From a virus: 64,000 nt of DNA. The stretch covers positions 38,650 to 102,649 of the IMG/VR virus record IMGVR_UViG_3300045988_059940; one strand, given 5' to 3'. Below are positions 59,211-64,000 of this stretch, one piece after another. Numbering within the stretch: the stretch's first letter is position 1; each line of letters starts with the position of its first letter. Made by a program: the position numbers and the translations under genes. The notes beneath the pieces are model-generated. The model saw only the letters and a program-made list of their open reading frames with translations. It ran no database searches and was not told where the DNA came from.

Positions 59211-59977
59211 AAAACGGAGAAGAAATAAGGTTTAAGGACAACATTCGTGGTGAAGAATATTCATTAGAAGGCGACAAAGTATATAGGGCCGATACCGACG
59301 AGTATGGCGAAATCATTTTAGTTAGAATGCCAAACTTTATAATGCCTAGCAAAATATATAGTACGGAAAGGAATGATGCTTTCAAACAAAAAGTATTAAA
59401 CCATTATGAAATTATGAATCGAGGCGTTCTAGGCGTAATGTTATCTGGTCTTAAAGGTTCTGGCAAAACAATCACGGCAAAACAAATTGCTTTGGAATCA
59501 ACTCTTCCTATTATATTGATTGATAAATACTTTCATCCAAAAAACTTTAAAGAAATGATAAAAATGCTGGAAGACACACCAATTTGTATCATCTTCGATG
59601 AGATAGATAAGGTTGGAGATAGATACGATATGGAAGCATTGCTTTCTATGTTAGACGGAACTGATACGTTTGGAAATATATTGCTACTTCTCACATGTAA
59701 TGACGAAAGTAAGATAGACGAGAATATGAAAGACAGGTGTTCTCGAATACGTTACTGGAAATCTTTCAATGAAACACCGAAAGATGTAATCGAAGAAGTA
59801 GTTAAGGACAAACTTCAAAACAAAGAGTTGGTTGAGTTGGTTGTTAACTTCATCGAAAATAACTTTGACAAGTTGATATTTGACAACATTTGTGCATTTA
59901 TTGATGAGATTAACATGAATCCAAATATCTCATTTGACGAATTGTTTGAAGACATGAATCTTACTCCGAAAGAATAA
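59192..59977 (+). CDS. AAA+ ATPase
   Basis: The Walker A motif is GLKGSGKT and the Walker B motif is ICIIFDEID. Confidence 0.65.
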   Translation: MQKNFIKNGEEIRFKDNIRGEEYSLEGDKVYRADTDEYGEIILVRMPNFIMPSKIYSTERNDAFKQKVLNHYEIMNRGVLGVMLSGLKGSGKTITAKQIALESTLPIILIDKYFHPKNFKEMIKMLEDTPICIIFDEIDKVGDRYDMEALLSMLDGTDTFGNILLLLTCNDESKIDENMKDRCSRIRYWKSFNETPKDVIEEVVKDKLQNKELVELVVNFIENNFDKLIFDNICAFIDEINMNPNISFDELFEDMNLTPKE

Positions 59978-60077
59978 TGGAAATATTAATTCCATATTAC
60001 GAGGATAAAACAAAAACAATGCAACCAAATTGATATAACATGCGTTATTATGTCGATTAAATTAAATATAATAAGCA

Positions 60078-60629
60078 ATGGAAGAAGTTTGGAAAGCAGT
60101 TAATGGATATGAAGGTATATATGAAATTAGTAATTTAGGTAGAGTTAAATCGTTAAGTAGAACTATAAAAGCTAAATATGGACGTGCGACACATTATTCG
60201 GAACAAAAAATTAAAGGACGAATATTAAAGCCTAATTTTACAACATACGGTTATGCGTATGTTGCGTTGGCTAAAAATGGAAAAAATAAAACTACACTAA
60301 TCCATAGAATAGTAGCAGAAACATTTTTAGAAAATCCAGAAAACCTACCATGTATAAATCATAAGGATGAAAATCGAAAAAATAATAACGTATCAAATCT
60401 TGAATGGTGCTCTTATGCTTATAATAACACGTATAAGAATATACATTTAAGACGAAAAAAAACAAATAGAAAAATAATCCAATATGATTTAGACATGAAT
60501 GAATTAAAACGATGGGAAAGTATAACAGAAGCCGCTAATTACTATGATATAGAAACCAGTAATATTTCAGCGTGTTGTACTGGAAAACGTAACCATTGTG
60601 CTGGATTCAAATGGAGGTATTATGAATAA
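60078..60629 (+). mobile_element. Free-standing HNH homing endonuclease (NUMOD4 plus HNH_3 type)
   Basis: Contains WKAVNGYEGIYEISNLGRVKS and HRIVAETFLENPENLPCINHKDENRKNNNVSNLEW. Confidence 0.7.
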
Positions 60630-61647
60630 TTCAACCGAAAATTATTACTTAGACAATACAAGAATTTCCAACAGCAACATAGGCTGGTTCTTAAACAAAG
60701 GGCCAGCCTTTTTGCATTCTATGTTGAATGGTGAAGCTAGTGGGGAAAATACACCTCAACTAGCACTTGGTAGCATGATACATGAGTATCTATTACAGCC
60801 AGAAGAGTTCCATAAACACTATTTAGTGTGGGACAAAAGTAGACCTTCATCTGCACAGCAGGAGAAGTTCTGTCGGGCGTTAATTGCTACCACTGAAATA
60901 GAGCCAAATAAAGTCGTTCTAAGCGCTTATAAAGAAGCGTATAGTACAACAGGAAGGTCGGATGAAAAGATGCTCTCAGAGGGGCTTAAAATAGCCTCTA
61001 CGTTGAAGGATTATATAGACTTCCTAAAACAGAAAGATGGGCGTATTCTAATCTCACCATATCAAGCTTCACAGCTAATGAAAATTAGCGAAAATATATG
61101 GAAACATAAAAAAGCAAAAACGCTTCTCCAAACCCCTTGTGAGGTCAGAAAAGCGTATGGCGAAGCTCCTTTTACAGAAGAAGGAAAGCTACAATCAGTA
61201 TTATATCATGAGTTCCACATAAACTGGGAGTTCATGAATGTGAACTGTAAATCTTTACTTGACAGTTTATACCTCGATTTTGAAAATAAGAAGTGTATAC
61301 TGATGGACCTAAAAACCACAGCAAAGATTAACAAGTTTGAGGAAAGTATGAAAGACTACGATTACCTTAGACAATTATGTTTTTATACAAAAGCTATTGA
61401 GTGGTACTTAGAGAACGAACTTAACGAAGAGCCAGGAGAATGGTTATTTGAATGGTATATTATAGCCATTGATACCATAAGTGACAATAGTATACATGTA
61501 TTTGGTTTTACAGAAGACCAAGTATACAGTAGACTAGACACAATAGAACAAGCACTAAAAGACATAAAGTGGCATCAAGACAATAATCTCTGGACATATA
61601 GAAGAGAGTATTACGAAGGAGATGGCACTGAACAATTAAATTTATAA
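60622..61647 (+). CDS. PD-(D/E)XK (RecB/Cas4-like) exonuclease
   Basis: Contains GSMIHEYLL, LMDLKTT and QLCFYTKAIEW. The start is ATG 60622. Confidence 0.55.
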   Translation: MNNSTENYYLDNTRISNSNIGWFLNKGPAFLHSMLNGEASGENTPQLALGSMIHEYLLQPEEFHKHYLVWDKSRPSSAQQEKFCRALIATTEIEPNKVVLSAYKEAYSTTGRSDEKMLSEGLKIASTLKDYIDFLKQKDGRILISPYQASQLMKISENIWKHKKAKTLLQTPCEVRKAYGEAPFTEEGKLQSVLYHEFHINWEFMNVNCKSLLDSLYLDFENKKCILMDLKTTAKINKFEESMKDYDYLRQLCFYTKAIEWYLENELNEEPGEWLFEWYIIAIDTISDNSIHVFGFTEDQVYSRLDTIEQALKDIKWHQDNNLWTYRREYYEGDGTEQLNL

Positions 61648-61656
61648 TCAGAATCT

Positions 61657-61860
61657 ATGAATCAGAATTATATGACACAAGAAGAGGTTTTAAACGATAG
61701 TTTAGTTAATGCTACAATTGAAGCAGAAGCTGATAATATAGAAGCAGCTACAATGTTAACTGAATTAGCTGACAACGATGTTATTGACGAAGAGTTGTTA
61801 ACAGAAGAAGGAATCGCTCAACAAAGTGATTTATTTAGAACAATCTTAAACAAAAAGTAA
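61657..61860 (+). CDS. Small acidic protein (67 aa)
   Basis: Track ORF. Confidence 0.5.
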   Translation: MNQNYMTQEEVLNDSLVNATIEAEADNIEAATMLTELADNDVIDEELLTEEGIAQQSDLFRTILNKK

Positions 61861-62172
61861 GTGGATGTAAAAGATAAAATTATATGCTCTTACATATTTG
61901 AATTTAGTGAACTTTTTAAAAAGAAGTGTTTGTATTACAAACTAATAGCTTTACAGAATAAAACCGAAATATCGTTTTATTTTAACATTCAGTCTTTACT
62001 ACAATTAAATAATATCCGTAGAGAAATAAAAAAGAATGAATTGTTTATATCAGAAAGTGTTAGAAATGGATGTTTGTGTTTTACATTTAAAGTAAAAGAT
62101 AAACATACTTATACGCTTAGATATTTAGTAAAATTGTTATCGCTAGATTTAAGGTTAAAAAGAATTTGTTAG
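61861..62172 (+). CDS. Hypothetical protein (103 aa; GTG start, TAG terminal codon)
   Basis: Track ORF with a non-ATG start. Confidence 0.35.
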   Translation: MDVKDKIICSYIFEFSELFKKKCLYYKLIALQNKTEISFYFNIQSLLQLNNIRREIKKNELFISESVRNGCLCFTFKVKDKHTYTLRYLVKLLSLDLRLKRIC

Positions 62173-62188
62173 TTAGTGTATATGAAGA

Positions 62189-62230
62189 AGCCCCGAACTG
62201 CTCATAACGAGTAGTCGGGGCTTTATTTTT
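62189..62230. terminator. Bidirectional terminator between convergent blocks
   Basis: AGCCCCGA-loop-TCGGGGCT followed by TTATTTTT. It lies at the plus/minus convergence point. Confidence 0.7.
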
Positions 62231-64000
62231 ATCTAAACATTTGTAATAAGTATGGGTCGTTTTCATCGACTTTACTTGTGTTCATAATTTGGTTTTCCAT
62301 ATAAGAACGTTTAGATTTAGAATTTTTAACTTGTTCATATAAATTATGTGCTGGTAAAAACTTAAACATAGCTTTATCTGTTTTATTCCAACCTTTATAT
62401 GCACCTCGTTTTACTAAATCTTCATCTTCATCTTCTTCATTATTAAATAAATCTTTATAGTTTTGTGACGGGTCAAATAGCAACTCTCCGCGTGGAGACA
62501 CTAAATTAATAGTGCTTTTCGTAGCTTGTTGCGCCAAATCGCTCACTTTATCAGTAAGTGACGTACTTGCTGTTGGTGATTTAATTGCACTCATAAATTC
62601 ACTACCTCTATATGGGGTATATGACTCCCATTGGAAAGACCTAGCTATATAAGCAAGCATTTGTTTCCACCACGCTTCATCGTCATCGTCTGCCCATTTA
62701 CAAATAAGATTTACCACTGGGGTAATTAACAAATTGTAAATCGCCAATTCTAGTATTACTTGTTTGATATTCTTTTTGTTTGAACGTGAAAGTAAATATT
62801 GTTGTTCAGTATCTCCTTTACTTATATATTCATTATACAATTGTTTTAAAGATTTTTTCTGTAATAAACCTTGTTTTTGATATTTGTGTGCACGATTTCT
62901 GATAAACATAGCTGCACCTACACCTATAAGAGAACCGAGAGGGCCGCCAAATGCACCTCCTAAAATAGCACCAGAAGCAGCTCCTGCATAGATATTATTC
63001 TACATTAGGTCTCTAACAATGTTAAATACTGTTCTAAATTGACCATTTTTATACATCTATGTATCATAATCATATACACGCTCTCCAAATCTTTCTTGTA
63101 TAATCATGGGTAAGAACTGCCTGTGAATTAGAATAAAAGAACCTATCCAAGATTGTGTAACAGCAGCTCGTTGTGTTTCAGTAGGCATACCATCGGCAGC
63201 TTCTGCAAACTTTTGAGCCCTTATTTTAACGATAAATTCAGCAGCTTCATATGCTTTCTTATACTTATCTTCTACTTCTAATTTACCATCATTAGCTGTT
63301 AAAACAGAATACATAGATTTACCTTGTTTCCATTTCTATAACAGCTGTTTGTACTTTTCTTCACCTAATCTAAATCTACGATTGTGTATATCTTCCTGTG
63401 ACATAAATTGCCCATCGACATACCTAAAAGACATAACAGTAGCTACCGCTATTTGTGCTTTTGAATAATAGTCTTGTGCTGTAAGAAAGCCGAAAGTTTT
63501 ATTTTCATTAATTGCATTTATCAACTTTGAACGGTTTGATAGTCTATATTTTTTTTCAAACATTTCCATCATATCTAGACGTTCAAGTAATAATTGTAAT
63601 TTATCATTACTATTTCTACTTTCTATATATCCAAGACCGCCGCCATTTTTTAACACACGTAAAGTAACTTCCCTAAATGCAGCCATACCTTCACGAACTG
63701 TATATTTCTAACCAGTAAGTTGGTTTATAAAGTGAGAGTATTGTGATGTTAGAAAACCAACAGCGGCTACTTTTGGGTTAAGCCCTAAGTTAATTGCCGT
63801 AGTTACATTTTTTACACCAGAAGCTATTTTAGCTAGTTTGTTTGATGTTTTCTTTTTATCATACATAAACATCTCCATAAACTTCTATGCTTCACGAAAT
63901 GTTCTAGAATCTTTTTGAACAGTTTTGTTACTAAATTGTCCACCAGTTCTAAAATGTTGATTTTCTAAGAAGTCAACAAGTGCTTCACATGTATCTCTGA
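62229..64000 (-). CDS. Large late (virion?) protein; the C-terminal 590 codons are in the window, with 5 in-frame TAG, and the 5' end lies beyond the right edge
   Basis: Track ORFs 63336..63686, 63057..63314 and 62229..62909 share one frame and are joined by TAG (63885, 63708, 63336, 63057, 63000). The frame is open to position 64000 and ends at TAA 62229-62231. A Gly-zipper segment GAAGAILGGAFGGPLGSLIGVGAA is present. Confidence 0.7.

Noticed and set aside
1-64000. Integrase, attachment sites or prophage boundaries, and host chromosomal genes
   Set aside because: None were seen. The whole window is phage-like, with no recombinase motif recognisable by eye.

Overview
This is an AT-rich dsDNA phage segment with crAss-like (Crassvirales-type) architecture. 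All calls come from hand translation and hand folding; no searches were run.

Layout:
- 1-24.3 kb, minus strand: a late/structural block in the order capsid, scaffold-like protein, portal, intron-containing large terminase, tail fibre, a 2,599-codon giant tail protein, and a 1,223-codon tail protein with a metallophosphatase domain. It is followed by dUTPase and a small tRNA cluster.
- 24.5-62.2 kb, plus strand: an early/middle block containing ThyX, phosphoesterase, bL12-CTD-like proteins, an ECF sigma factor, family B DNA polymerase, DnaB-like helicase, SSB, primase, nucleases, AAA ATPases and an HNH endonuclease.
- 62.2-64 kb, minus strand: a second late gene that runs off the window.

Main features:
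1. The fragmented minus-strand ORFs in the track are single genes interrupted only by in-frame TAG. I counted 82 such codons in the nine late genes. TAG is therefore read as a sense codon (code-15-like recoding). A CUA-anticodon suppressor tRNA lies at 22083-22170, and it has an unexpected class II (long variable arm) structure.
2. TAG is also the terminal codon of six plus-strand ORFs, which suggests the codon has a stage-dependent meaning.
3. The terminase gene carries a 239-nt ORF-less group I intron with clear P1, P10 and P3 pairings.
4. The plus-strand block holds unusually long, ORF-free intergenic regions that look more G+C-rich and are dense in helices. The largest is about 2.2 kb at 44.3-46.5 kb.
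5. These regions are interspersed with six canonical tRNAs and at least nine tRNA-like elements. The tRNA-like elements keep a perfect acceptor stem and T-arm but have truncated, expanded or missing anticodon domains.

Functional names are motif-based and unverified by search. The ncRNA families could not be identified by eye.
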